A stretch of DNA of 51,029 nt from Promethearchaeota archaeon (GCA_048938005.1 JBHLMQ010000019.1:1-51029), one strand, 5' to 3'; numbered from the stretch's first letter, positions 19,550-29,576 are shown. The notes: generated by a model not told the origin, from the sequence alone. Made by a program: numbers and translations.

Positions 19550-19714
19550 TCCTAATATTTCCAATTCTTTTACTTTCTTTATGAGTAATTGAAATTTACA
19601 CAATTTGGAAAGGTTCGGGATTTTTTCTATCAGATTTTTGGCTTATATATAAAAGGCTTCTAACATTAATAGTAACATAATCGTTATAATTGAGATTATT
19701 ATTTTAGGAGCAAC

Positions 19715-19933
19715 ATGGAGAAATTAAAGACATTATCAGATATATTAGAAGGATTGAAGGAGATTAAACAAGAAGAGAAACCTGAAATGCCTAATTGCGA
19801 ATTCTGTGGTAAAAGCATCGTAGGCACTAAGTGGAATAAGGAATATCATCATATTAATATTTGTCAAAAACCAGAAAAACGTTTTTTTTGTTCCCGTCAA
19901 TGTAAATTAGAATGGGTTTTTAAAAATTTTTGA
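19715..19933 (+). CDS. Small treble-clef (TRASH/MYM-like) zinc-finger protein
   Basis: CEFCGK...FFCSRQCK; AGGAG upstream of ATG. Confidence 0.75.
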   Translation: MEKLKTLSDILEGLKEIKQEEKPEMPNCEFCGKSIVGTKWNKEYHHINICQKPEKRFFCSRQCKLEWVFKNF

Positions 19934-20060
19934 TTTTATTCTATTGATAATTGCTTGATATTCAGAGTTATTTTTTAATATAGTTCTAATTTATAAAAAG
20001 TATAAACTTCTAAAAACGGAAATCTCAAGGTATTTATGAAATCAAATATTTAGATTTATA

Positions 20061-20777
20061 ATGAAGACAAAAAAGGAAAAAAACGACAATGAGTCGTGCC
20101 AATCCACTTACAATCCCAGCGAGTGGAAGGGAAGAACAATAGAAATTGATGATGCTGGGACTGGAGATCTCGTTGGAGACGCCTTCATTGGTTTTCGAGA
20201 TATGGAAACCGGAAAGATAATATTTCAATCAGTTCCCGTAGGGCTCTATAATAAGGATAATAAGGACGATGATCTCCCGAGAAAGCATATAGTAAAGGTT
20301 GTAATCAAGGCTCTTAGAAAACTTAAACACGGTAAGGGAGATAGGATACTTCTATGCAGGGGTAGTTGTTTCGATCTTGTTAGAGAATATTTTAATGAGA
20401 ATAATATTTACTACGAACCTGCAATTATTGAAGGAAAACTTCAAGATGCCGTGGAAGGGAGATTTATTCAACACCTTAGAAAACTCGGAATAACTTCTAG
20501 CAAGCTTACTAAAGAATCGGGTATTCAAAGATATTTTGTATTGTTTAATTGGGTATGTCGAGATTTTCCAAATCGTGAACGCTTCGTTAAGATGGGATTC
20601 CCATCTTGGAAAAAAAAATGGAGAAAGATTGCAATTAAGAGATACAAAAAGTATTCTGGAAATAAGTCTCATGAAAGGGATAAAATCAGTAGAAGGGCAA
20701 ATGAGATATATAGACATATGTTTGAGAATTCTAATTCTTTAAGAGAAATCTCCTTTAAGAGTTTAATTAAGAAATAA
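20061..20777 (+). CDS. Hypothetical protein with RNase HII-like N-terminal motif
   Basis: IEIDDAGTGDLVG resembles the RNase HII motif GIDEAGRGPVIG; basic C-terminus. Confidence 0.6.
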   Translation: MKTKKEKNDNESCQSTYNPSEWKGRTIEIDDAGTGDLVGDAFIGFRDMETGKIIFQSVPVGLYNKDNKDDDLPRKHIVKVVIKALRKLKHGKGDRILLCRGSCFDLVREYFNENNIYYEPAIIEGKLQDAVEGRFIQHLRKLGITSSKLTKESGIQRYFVLFNWVCRDFPNRERFVKMGFPSWKKKWRKIAIKRYKKYSGNKSHERDKISRRANEIYRHMFENSNSLREISFKSLIKK

Positions 20778-20872
20778 GATTTTTTGATTTTTTAGAATAA
20801 AGTAAATTATTAAATTTAAGAGTAAAAAGTAAAAATAATATTTAAAATCATTAAACTTTATAAAGACTTAAT

Positions 20873-21253
20873 ATGGATGAAATAAAAAATATTGTTGACG
20901 ATTTGGGAATTGCTGCGCTAGAGTCTAACATGAAAATTGCTGGAGTCGCAGTTGTTTCTGATTCGGGAAATCTAATTTTTCAGACAGAAAATTGGGATCT
21001 AACTAATTATACGAACATGATATTGAATGTCATTAAAGGAGACCGCTCATTTGTCTTAAACGATGCAGAATTTTCAGTCGTTGAAACTACTACTGAAGGA
21101 ATTATTGCAACCAACGTTAGTGGGATGGGACATGTAATTTTTGTCTCTTTTCAAGGAGGGGTGCTTGTGTCATATGCCATGCCTCAAGCAGATCCACCAA
21201 AAGCTTTATCCTTTCTTAAAAATTATGCAATGAGGTTGAATGGGAAGGTATAA
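20873..21253 (+). CDS. Asgard (Loki-type) profilin
   Basis: GVAVVSDSGNLIFQTENWD, FSVVE, IIATNVSGMGH and SYAMPQADP parallel Loki profilin motifs (QTENW, TN..G.GH). Confidence 0.8.
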   Translation: MDEIKNIVDDLGIAALESNMKIAGVAVVSDSGNLIFQTENWDLTNYTNMILNVIKGDRSFVLNDAEFSVVETTTEGIIATNVSGMGHVIFVSFQGGVLVSYAMPQADPPKALSFLKNYAMRLNGKV

Positions 21254-21359
21254 TTGAAGGTTATATACAATTTTAGCTATAATACTTTCAATTTTCTTCT
21301 TCATCTACTAAACTTGGCTTTAATCCTTGAATATAAAGTAATTTTAATTCCGAATGACA

Positions 21360-21578
21360 CTACCATGCAGAATGATTTAGAATGGCATTAGTAGGACAAA
21401 CATCTTGACATGCCATGCAATCGGTACATTCACCGATATTATTTGCCACAACTTTGCCATCTACAAGTTCATACACTTCGACAGGACAAACATTTATGCA
21501 TTCTTCTGCTCCAATACACAAATCCAAGTCCACTTCAACCCAATGTTCGTTATCTTCCCATCTTTTTAAGTTTACCAT
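21360..21578 (-). CDS. Dicluster ferredoxin (probably 3Fe-4S/4Fe-4S)
   Basis: CIGAEECINVCP and CTDCMACQDVCP. Confidence 0.92.
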   Translation of the reverse strand: MVNLKRWEDNEHWVEVDLDLCIGAEECINVCPVEVYELVDGKVVANNIGECTDCMACQDVCPTNAILNHSAW

Positions 21579-21766
21579 TTTTTATGAGATTATATTCAAT
21601 TTGTATTTTAAGGTTTAAAGATTCATTTTTAATTATTAATTTTTCTTTTAATATTTATAACTTTTAGAGCATTCAATTTTAAGTGTTTAAATCATTACTC
21701 CATAAGAATAAAAATTTACTTAAAAAATATGCATTATCTCATTTCCTCATACAAATATGCCAATAA

Positions 21767-22585
21767 TTAACTATTTCCAATTTGTAAACATCTCATTGAA
21801 ATAGAACCATGCTGAAATCCTTCATGTATAAATTTTACTGGTTCATCTTTTTCTTGTAAAGCGATGGCATATATCAATGGAAGGTAATGATCCCATGTTG
21901 GAATTCCCAAATTGGCTACATCACCCATTTTTTTAAAATTTATTAATTTTTGATGATTATGATTCAATATACTATTTTTTACAGTCTCATCAAGTTGTTT
22001 TGCCCATTCCATTACCGGTGAATCAACATTAAAATCGATAATCCCTAGATTATGAACAATATTTCCGCTTCCAATTATTAAAACTGCCTGTTCACGGAGA
22101 AATGCTAGATTTTTTGCTAATTGATAATGATATTCAATGGTTTTCAAGTTCCATCTATTAAAACCATAATCTAAACTAAGTTCTAAAACTGGGATATCAG
22201 CAGTAGGGTATACATGCTTAAGGATTGCCCAAGATGCATGATCATATCCCCATTCATGATCACATATCACATCATAAGATTTAAGTGTATTACATATCAG
22301 AGTGGCTAATTCCGGCGATCCAGGACTTGGATAATCAATTTCATAAAGTTGATTTGGGAATCCATAAAAATCATATATCATTCTTGGTTTTTTGGAACAT
22401 AAAACTCTTGTTCCAGAAGTTAACCAGTGAGCAGAAATTACCAATATACCTTTTGGTTTTGGCAAATCCTTGCCTAACTTTTTCAAATCTTGAGTAAATT
22501 TATTATCAGAAATGATGTTCATTGGAGACCCATGCCCTATAAAGAGCACAGGCATTTTTAGTCCACTTTTTTCATAATCTCTCAT
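21767..22585 (-). CDS. ygiD: 4,5-DOPA extradiol dioxygenase (LigB superfamily)
   Basis: LFIGHGSPMN, ISAHW, YDFYGFP, DH, GSGNIVHNL, PT.DHYLPL and SISMR. Confidence 0.92.
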   Translation of the reverse strand: MRDYEKSGLKMPVLFIGHGSPMNIISDNKFTQDLKKLGKDLPKPKGILVISAHWLTSGTRVLCSKKPRMIYDFYGFPNQLYEIDYPSPGSPELATLICNTLKSYDVICDHEWGYDHASWAILKHVYPTADIPVLELSLDYGFNRWNLKTIEYHYQLAKNLAFLREQAVLIIGSGNIVHNLGIIDFNVDSPVMEWAKQLDETVKNSILNHNHQKLINFKKMGDVANLGIPTWDHYLPLIYAIALQEKDEPVKFIHEGFQHGSISMRCLQIGNS

Positions 22586-22652
22586 AATTTAATGAATCTA
22601 ATTAAAATATTTTACCTTTATTCTTATAAAATATAGTTAAATGAGGTGTATT

Positions 22653-23189
22653 TTATCTGTTTTGAAGATTTTCAATAACTTTTTGATATTTTTCATGAAT
22701 TAATCTTTTATCAAAATCCCAGAATTCTTGGAGCATTTTATCCTGTTCTTTTTCAGTGAAATATTTCATTACTGGAATAAAAAAATGTTTATCCTCTTTG
22801 TCAATATGCTTTGGGTAAAACTCGGTCAATTCAGTGATTAGATTTATAATCTCATCCAATACTTTAACATTACCTTGTGTGTATTGGTTTTTGGCACCAA
22901 CAAGTTTACCAACTGTGTTTCTTGCCCATATATGTTCTTCTACTAATTCTTCCATTATCTTAGTATGATTAGGAGAGAGCTCTTTCTTACGTAGATCTCT
23001 AAAAAGAATATCTTCTTCCTTACCATGATGAGTTCTATCAGCATACATTCGGATAAAGTCAACAGCTATATCAATAAAAAGGGGATTTGCCTTACCATAT
23101 TTCTTCATTTTTTCAATTTCTTTTTCCATGAGATTAATCATTTTTTCAATTAGTCTATGTTCTTTCATTAAGGGTCCAATTGGCATCAA
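22653..23189 (-). CDS. Hemerythrin (HHE) domain protein
   Basis: EHRLI, HHGKEEDILF, EH and HIDKED. Confidence 0.9.
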   Translation of the reverse strand: MMPIGPLMKEHRLIEKMINLMEKEIEKMKKYGKANPLFIDIAVDFIRMYADRTHHGKEEDILFRDLRKKELSPNHTKIMEELVEEHIWARNTVGKLVGAKNQYTQGNVKVLDEIINLITELTEFYPKHIDKEDKHFFIPVMKYFTEKEQDKMLQEFWDFDKRLIHEKYQKVIENLQNR

Positions 23190-23465
23190 ATTTTTTTTGA
23201 CCTCTTCAAAAAATATTTTAGATTTATTAAATCAAATAATTGTACTATTTTTATAAAAATAAGTTAGAACATGTTCTATTAACTTAAAAGTATCAAGTTA
23301 ATTGAGGAAAAAAATCGAAATAACAATAATTCAATGTGTAAATGAAACCAAAATAGATTACAAATTATTTTCTAATTATTAAATTAGAGAGTAAATAGTA
23401 AAACTAATATTTAAACATAATTTTTTCTCTCGAGAGTATTATTGTAGAAAAAAACTAACTGAATT

Positions 23466-23972
23466 TCACATAATTATAGGGGAAGGCTCATCATTTCTTA
23501 GCAGCACAGTTTCTCCTAAACATATGCTATTTTCATTTAACCAAGATTCAGGCATAGCGATGTCCATATGATTTATTTCTTGATTATCAAATTCAAGCAA
23601 CTCTTTTATCACAAAGCCCTTCTTATTATCTCTTCTTTGGTAAAAGGTGCTTAATAATTTAATAATCGTGTTAATATACTCTTTATCTATATAATGATAT
23701 GTTGTGTTTGTAAATGATTGAATGGTTTGCTGTAATAACCAATAATTATTAATGAATTCTTTAAAATAGGGTAATAAAATAAATTTATCTAGATACTCGA
23801 TCCTAGAATAAGCTTTATCAAAATTCCCAATTTTGACATTACGACCGGGCTGTAAATTATATCTCTGAATGGTTCTAAAACTAGTAACAACAATATTTGC
23901 GAAACTTTCGAAACTTGCATTTATTCTGGCTAAGTACCAACCAAATTTCCGAGATACAATACTAGTTTTCAA
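23466..23972 (-). CDS. Hypothetical protein
   Basis: 168-aa open frame in AT-rich DNA; no recognised motif; TTG start without an obvious RBS. Confidence 0.5.
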   Translation of the reverse strand: MKTSIVSRKFGWYLARINASFESFANIVVTSFRTIQRYNLQPGRNVKIGNFDKAYSRIEYLDKFILLPYFKEFINNYWLLQQTIQSFTNTTYHYIDKEYINTIIKLLSTFYQRRDNKKGFVIKELLEFDNQEINHMDIAMPESWLNENSICLGETVLLRNDEPSPIIM

Positions 23973-24184
23973 ACTATCTTATATAATCAAGTTCCGGTTA
24001 TAAAAATTTATGTATTCGAATTAAATTAAATACGGATAAAAATTAATAGGACCAGTATAATTTAAAATTAATTTCTTAATTTCCTTATTAAATATTAAAG
24101 ATACGTTATTATATTCAGAAGAATTTTAATTTAGCAAAATTAAATTAAAAAAACAGTTATAACAAATAAAAGAGGTCAATTAAA

Positions 24185-24337
24185 TTGAATTGTCCAAATT
24201 GTGGTACTAAATTAAGGGATACTAATCAGAAGTATTGTGAAAATTGTGGTATTGAACTAATTAACATGAATAATACCAGTAAGCAAGATGTGAAATTAAA
24301 ACCTCATTTAACTCGTTCTAAAAGAAGATGTTGTTAA
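24185..24337 (+). CDS. 50-aa zinc-ribbon protein ending in RSKRRCC
   Basis: Below the ORF cutoff. GAGGT then TTG; MNCPNCGTKLRDTNQKYCENCGIEL...TRSKRRCC*. Confidence 0.8.
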   Translation: MNCPNCGTKLRDTNQKYCENCGIELINMNNTSKQDVKLKPHLTRSKRRCC

Positions 24338-24525
24338 TAAACATCATATTTCTATGCTAATTTTTCAATAATTTATATTTCATACAAATTTTATTCAATC
24401 TGTATTAGTTTTGAAATTCATTTTAAACAGAATTTAATATTTTTTAATCCCTAGATTTTAATTTTAAAAATAGGTTAATAATCTGAAATTGAAAATAAAT
24501 AACAATTTAATGTGGGGATTATAAA

Positions 24526-25773
24526 ATTAATAGATATGTTATTATTGGTGGAGGTCCTGCAGGAGCTACAGCTGCATTAGAAATAAGGAACTATGATATA
24601 GAAGGAGAAATTATTCTAATCTCTAATGAAAATTATCAGTTCTATAAAAGAAGTAAAATAATAAATCTTATTTCAGCGAGTTGTTCTGAGGATGAGCTTT
24701 TTTTAAAGGGAAAAAAAGTATATGATGAAAATAATATTAAGTTTATATATAATCATGTTGATAAAATTATTCCTGAAAAGCAACAAATACTATTAAAAAG
24801 TGGAGATTTAATTCATTACGATTCTCTTTTAATAGCCTCTGGAGGAAGTCCAATTATCTTGCCATGGAAAGGAGTCGAACTTGGAGGGATATATACTTTA
24901 TATAATCTTGATGATGCTAAAAAAGTTGCGAAGCACGTTTGTAATGTTGAACGAGTGGTTATAATAGGAGGAGGAGCTATTGCCATGAAAGCTATTCAGA
25001 ATTTTAAAAAAATTGGAATAGATATTTCAATTATTGAAAAATCTTCTCATTTGTGGCCAATTGGTTTTGATAGAAAAGTTGCTCGCATTGTGGAAAAGAA
25101 GATAAAAGAAAATGGAATTCACATTTATTTGGACGAAGAAGTTATCGAATTTAAAGGCGATAATGGGAAACTATCATCAGTAATATTAAAAAGTGGACGA
25201 GAGATTCACACTGATCTAGCAGTTATTACGATTGGTATGAAACCTAATATCGATTTTCTTATCGGTAGTGGTGTTAAGGTAGAAAAAGGGATATTCGTTG
25301 ATTCATATATGCGAACTAATATCCCGAATATTTATGCTGCAGGTGATGTTGCTCAAATTTTTGATCCTCTTTATAAAACTCCAATTCTGCATCCCACATG
25401 GGGAAATGCTAAGAGACAGGGTAAAATCGCAGCAAGAAATATGGTGGGAGTTAATGTAGAATATGATGGTACAATTCCAATTCAAACTATTAAGATTTTC
25501 GGATTAACAGCAATTGCGGTCGGAATTACCCACTCTAAGAAAAATTTTGATGAACTATCTTGGATTTCATATCAAAAAGATTTATCTAGGAAATTTGTTT
25601 TAGAAAACGATCATTTATTAGGAGCGTTGATTTTGGGAAAGAATTTTAATAAGAAAGCTATAAAACCTATATTAAAGAAGGCTATCTTTAACAAAACACC
25701 TATAAATGATTACGAGCATCTCCTATTAAAGGAAAATATTGATTTTAATAAAATACTAATAAATATGAAATAA
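24526..25773 (+). CDS. FAD-dependent NAD(P)H oxidoreductase (NADH oxidase / rubredoxin reductase-like)
   Basis: The FAD-binding motif YVIIGGGPAG lies over 100 codons upstream of the called TTG (24859) in the same open frame. Also YDSLLIASG, IIGGGAIA and TNIPNIYAAGD. The only plausible start is ATT 24526. Confidence 0.9.
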   Translation: MNRYVIIGGGPAGATAALEIRNYDIEGEIILISNENYQFYKRSKIINLISASCSEDELFLKGKKVYDENNIKFIYNHVDKIIPEKQQILLKSGDLIHYDSLLIASGGSPIILPWKGVELGGIYTLYNLDDAKKVAKHVCNVERVVIIGGGAIAMKAIQNFKKIGIDISIIEKSSHLWPIGFDRKVARIVEKKIKENGIHIYLDEEVIEFKGDNGKLSSVILKSGREIHTDLAVITIGMKPNIDFLIGSGVKVEKGIFVDSYMRTNIPNIYAAGDVAQIFDPLYKTPILHPTWGNAKRQGKIAARNMVGVNVEYDGTIPIQTIKIFGLTAIAVGITHSKKNFDELSWISYQKDLSRKFVLENDHLLGALILGKNFNKKAIKPILKKAIFNKTPINDYEHLLLKENIDFNKILINMK

Positions 25774-25823
25774 ATAATTTATTTTTTGAGTCTTTACACT
25801 ACTTTGATTATTCAATCTAAATA

Positions 25824-26240
25824 TTATATAGGGAAAAGGTTTTTCACATACTTTATTGATTTACTAATTATTTCTTTCAAAATATCTATATCCACCTCTT
25901 TCAAAGTATTAATATAAAGACGAGATTTACTAGTTTTGAACTTTCCAAGTTTACTAAGAAGCTGATGATATTCATCAAAACCAGGCATAATATAAAGGGT
26001 AATGCTCTGTTCCTGTGGCGAGAATCCAGTTAAAAATGAGTCTCCCTCAATTCCGGTATCATATTTATAATGATGTTTTCCAAATCCAATAATGCTATCT
26101 CCCCACATAATAGGTTCTTCTTGAGTAACTTCGTTCATTAGGTTTAAAATCTTAAAAGAATCCTCTCTTATAGTCAGATTCTCGACCTTTTTGAGGACAT
26201 CCTCAACATTCTTATCAGTGGGTTTTATTTTTACTGTCAT
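25824..26240 (-). CDS. DUF1801 (YdhG-like) domain protein
   Basis: MWGDSIIGFG.HHYKY, GFSP and KLGKFKTSKS.LYI. Confidence 0.85.
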   Translation of the reverse strand: MTVKIKPTDKNVEDVLKKVENLTIREDSFKILNLMNEVTQEEPIMWGDSIIGFGKHHYKYDTGIEGDSFLTGFSPQEQSITLYIMPGFDEYHQLLSKLGKFKTSKSRLYINTLKEVDIDILKEIISKSIKYVKNLFPI

Positions 26241-26446
26241 AATGAGATTTTACCAATTGAAATATTAAAATTTTATATTAATAAAATATAACAGTTGTTG
26301 GTTTTATAAAATTGCATTCCTTCAATTTTGATGATTTTAGAGATGAAAATAACAAGGTATATTCAAGAAATATTTTCAAAAATCATTTAATAGCTTAAAA
26401 ATTATATTCTTTAAGTTAAAATTAAAAATTAGGAAATTAGTGATAT

Positions 26447-26737
26447 ATGATTTCTAAGCTAGTTATGCATGTTTTATTAAAAGGTGAAGAAGAAAACTAT
26501 TGTGCTAAATGTTGCAAAACAGTGAACATTATTGAGCGAATTTTTGCATCAATACCAGAATTTAAAGAAAAATTCGATGTGAGTTATGAAGATGTCTACT
26601 CACCTGATAACATAAAAATTTATGGGGACTTAACTCCTCCAGTAATCATTATTAATGAACATATTCTAACGGAAGGGCACGTTCCAATTATGAAAAAACT
26701 CGCTCGGGATTTGTATAAATTAATTGAACCTGCTTGA
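26447..26737 (+). CDS. Small thioredoxin-fold protein
   Basis: CAKC motif and YGDLTPPVIIINE (cis-Pro region). Confidence 0.75.
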   Translation: MISKLVMHVLLKGEEENYCAKCCKTVNIIERIFASIPEFKEKFDVSYEDVYSPDNIKIYGDLTPPVIIINEHILTEGHVPIMKKLARDLYKLIEPA

Positions 26738-26762
26738 TTAAATACTTAAATAGATTAAAATT

Positions 26763-27239
26763 ATGAAGGATTTAATTAAAGAAGTAAGGAGAATTATAAA
26801 GAAAAATAGATGGTTAGTGTTATCTACTGTTGATGAAGAGGGGCAACCTCATAGTTCAGTTGTAATGTATCAGAGTGATGGATATGATATATATTTTGAA
26901 ACAGGTGAAGATACACTAAAAGCGAAAAATGTAAGAAATAATCATAAGATTTCTGTGACCATACCATTTAGAAAGAATTTCTTACATAAGATTATCCCTG
27001 CGCCACCAGCAGAACTGCATTTTAAAGCAATAGCAGAATTTATTTCGAGAGATAATGAAAAAGCCAGAAAAATCATGGTAAAAGTTTTAAAATACGAGGA
27101 AAAAGTTGGGATTGAGGATGGAATAGTCTGGATAAAAATAATACCTTCAAATATCATTTCGACTTTTGGTGTGGGAGTTAAGTTATGGGATATGAGAAAA
27201 CCTGAGAAAGCAAGAAATCTAATAAAGCTTGACGCTTAA
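26763..27239 (+). CDS. Pyridoxamine 5'-phosphate oxidase-like (split-barrel flavin/F420-binding) protein
   Basis: VLSTVDEEGQPHSS and KAKNVRNNHKISV. Confidence 0.85.
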   Translation: MKDLIKEVRRIIKKNRWLVLSTVDEEGQPHSSVVMYQSDGYDIYFETGEDTLKAKNVRNNHKISVTIPFRKNFLHKIIPAPPAELHFKAIAEFISRDNEKARKIMVKVLKYEEKVGIEDGIVWIKIIPSNIISTFGVGVKLWDMRKPEKARNLIKLDA

Positions 27240-27293
27240 TATCAAATAATAGTAGCAAACCGAGAAATTATAAAAAATATGATTTTTTTATTT

Positions 27294-28133
27294 TTATTCA
27301 TGTGGCAGAAAAATAATTAAGATCATTATAAGGATGACACCAATTAAGAAAACTAGTGCTTGAATAATCGATTTCTTTAAATTTTTTTCTTTTAACAGTT
27401 CAGGCATGAGTTCTGTGCTTGCTAGATATAAAAATCCACCGCCAGAAAACGCTAGAAAAAAGAAATTAAAAAATTCTAATTGAGCTGATAAGAAAAAAGC
27501 TAACAGCCCTCCGAGTAATGCAACTAGGGCACTTGCAAAGTTATATAAAAGAGCTTTCTTTTTTGAGAACCCTCCATATAAAAGGATTCCGAAATCTCCA
27601 ATTTCTTGTGGTAATTCATGAAATAATACTGCAAGTGTGACAATTATTCCATTCCCAAATCCACTTAAGAATGCGACCATTATAATAATACCATCTAAAA
27701 AATTATGCAATCCATCCCCAATTAAATTAAGAAGTGCAAAGTTTTTTATCTTTCCACCTCTTTCTACAACTTTATCACTAATTTCGGTAATAGTTTCATA
27801 GCAAACTAATTGATCTTCTTTTTCATGAGCATGTCCATGAAACCAATAAATAAATCGCTCCAAAATAAAAAATAATACAAATCCGATAATAATTATAGCG
27901 AATAGAAGACTTTCAACAATCCCTGCCCCTCCTGCATTTAATTCTTCAAGATGGTGAAGAGATTCAGGAATTAGATCAAATAAGGCTGTAGCAAGAATTG
28001 TACCTGTAGCAAAAGCAACAAGAATAAACAATAGCTTATCTAAAGTCTTTTCTTTAATTGTGATCATAAATATTCCTATTAAACTCAAAAAGCTAATGGC
28101 TAAAATCATAATAAAACCTATGAAAGCTTCCAA
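27294..28133 (-). CDS. ZIP family divalent metal transporter
   Basis: DGLHNFLDG, HELPQEIGDF, HGHAH loop and multiple TM helices. Confidence 0.93.
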   Translation of the reverse strand: MEAFIGFIMILAISFLSLIGIFMITIKEKTLDKLLFILVAFATGTILATALFDLIPESLHHLEELNAGGAGIVESLLFAIIIIGFVLFFILERFIYWFHGHAHEKEDQLVCYETITEISDKVVERGGKIKNFALLNLIGDGLHNFLDGIIIMVAFLSGFGNGIIVTLAVLFHELPQEIGDFGILLYGGFSKKKALLYNFASALVALLGGLLAFFLSAQLEFFNFFFLAFSGGGFLYLASTELMPELLKEKNLKKSIIQALVFLIGVILIMILIIFLPHE

Positions 28134-28262
28134 TTGAATCGAGACTCTTTTCTTTTTATTTTTTAATGCAATATCATAGAAAAGGAAGGAATAAAAAGAT
28201 TTCTAATAAAAATAATAATTAAACTCGTAAATATATAAAATATTTTCGTTTAATGATATGGG

Positions 28263-29471
28263 TTAAGAGGTATCATCTGGGTTTATGTTAATCAATAAAT
28301 TCTGCTGTTTCAATAACCGTTTAGAAAATATCTTTACACGTATTAAAAACCTAATTATTTTTCTAAATATTAATAGAACTATTTGTACTGGATAGTACTT
28401 TAAATGTATATTTAATTTATTATGGAGTAGCCATCTTAATTTTAAAGTATTTTTAAATTTTAAATAAATATGCTTATGCAATAGCTTTTTGTAATTTGTT
28501 AAAGGAAAAGAATTATCTTTAAAATGCTTAATAATTGTCAGAGCAGCGAATTCTGCTGTTTTCTGAGCATAATAGATTCCTTCCCCCCATAAAGGATTTA
28601 CAATTCCAGCTGCCTCTCCAATGAGAATTACTTTATTTTTATAAATGGGTTTAATTGAAAAATTTCCATAAGAAACTGGGTGTCCTATTATTGGAGAGGT
28701 GTTTTCGGTACTTATATGCAAACTTGATATGAAATTTTTAAATGCACTTAACAAATTACCTTTATTTTTTCTGTTAAGAGCTCCTATCCCTAATATAATT
28801 TTTTCTTTATTAGGGAATATCCAGTTATAGCCATAATTAACAAATCCAAATGTTATGATTAGTGATTTAAATTGATCATTTTCTAAATCTTGTCGATTTA
28901 CAAAACATTCTAAGCCTGTACCAAGGTTAAACAGCCAATCTTTATCCCTTATGATATTTTTTCTGATAAATTCTCTTCGAACAATACTATTAACTCCATC
29001 TGCTCCTATTAAAACTTTTGATTCGATCACATTTCCGTTCTTTAACTCTATTTTGCAGTTATCTATATCTATATTATCAATTTTTATGCCCTCAATAACC
29101 TCAACTCCTAGACTTTTAGCTTTGTTTAAGAGATAATTATCATAAATTGTTCTATCAACAAGAAAAAGGTTATAGACTCCTTTATTTCTCGATATTATTC
29201 TTTTGTTTCTATATGTAATTTCATAAAAAGGTGTATAATAATCAATAATCTTATTCTTAATTAAATCTTCAGGGCTATCATTGTAAATTTTTTTTACTAA
29301 TTGAATTGTTTTTAAGGATAATAAACCTCCGCAAAGTTTGTATCGAGGAAAAAATTCTTTGTCAAGTAATAAAACTTTAAGTTTATTTCTCGCTAATAAA
29401 AAAGCAGCTGTTGAACCTCCAGGACCAGCTCCAATTATGATAATATCATAGTTTTTTGATTTTGAGGACAT
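28263..29471 (-). CDS. Geranylgeranyl reductase family FAD-dependent oxidoreductase
   Basis: IIGAGPGGS, FPRYKLCGG, GADG, YGYNWIFP and GEAAGIVNPLWGEGI. Confidence 0.9.
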   Translation of the reverse strand: MSSKSKNYDIIIIGAGPGGSTAAFLLARNKLKVLLLDKEFFPRYKLCGGLLSLKTIQLVKKIYNDSPEDLIKNKIIDYYTPFYEITYRNKRIISRNKGVYNLFLVDRTIYDNYLLNKAKSLGVEVIEGIKIDNIDIDNCKIELKNGNVIESKVLIGADGVNSIVRREFIRKNIIRDKDWLFNLGTGLECFVNRQDLENDQFKSLIITFGFVNYGYNWIFPNKEKIILGIGALNRKNKGNLLSAFKNFISSLHISTENTSPIIGHPVSYGNFSIKPIYKNKVILIGEAAGIVNPLWGEGIYYAQKTAEFAALTIIKHFKDNSFPLTNYKKLLHKHIYLKFKNTLKLRWLLHNKLNIHLKYYPVQIVLLIFRKIIRFLIRVKIFSKRLLKQQNLLININPDDTS

Positions 29472-29549
29472 TTACTTAATTAAATCATGAACTTTAGAAT
29501 ATTTAAGGAATATTTTTTCAGATAAAATAATTATTTGCAATAGAAAATA

Positions 29550-29576
29550 AAAAGGTTTAGATCTTCTAAATCTTTT
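29550..29576. promoter_or_regulatory. 12-bp inverted repeat between divergent genes (possible operator)
   Basis: AAAAGGTTTAGA-TCT-TCTAAATCTTTT, one mismatch. Confidence 0.35.

Noticed and set aside
19600-19640. GGTTCG resembling a tRNA T-loop
   Set aside because: No cloverleaf stems and the context is AT-rich.
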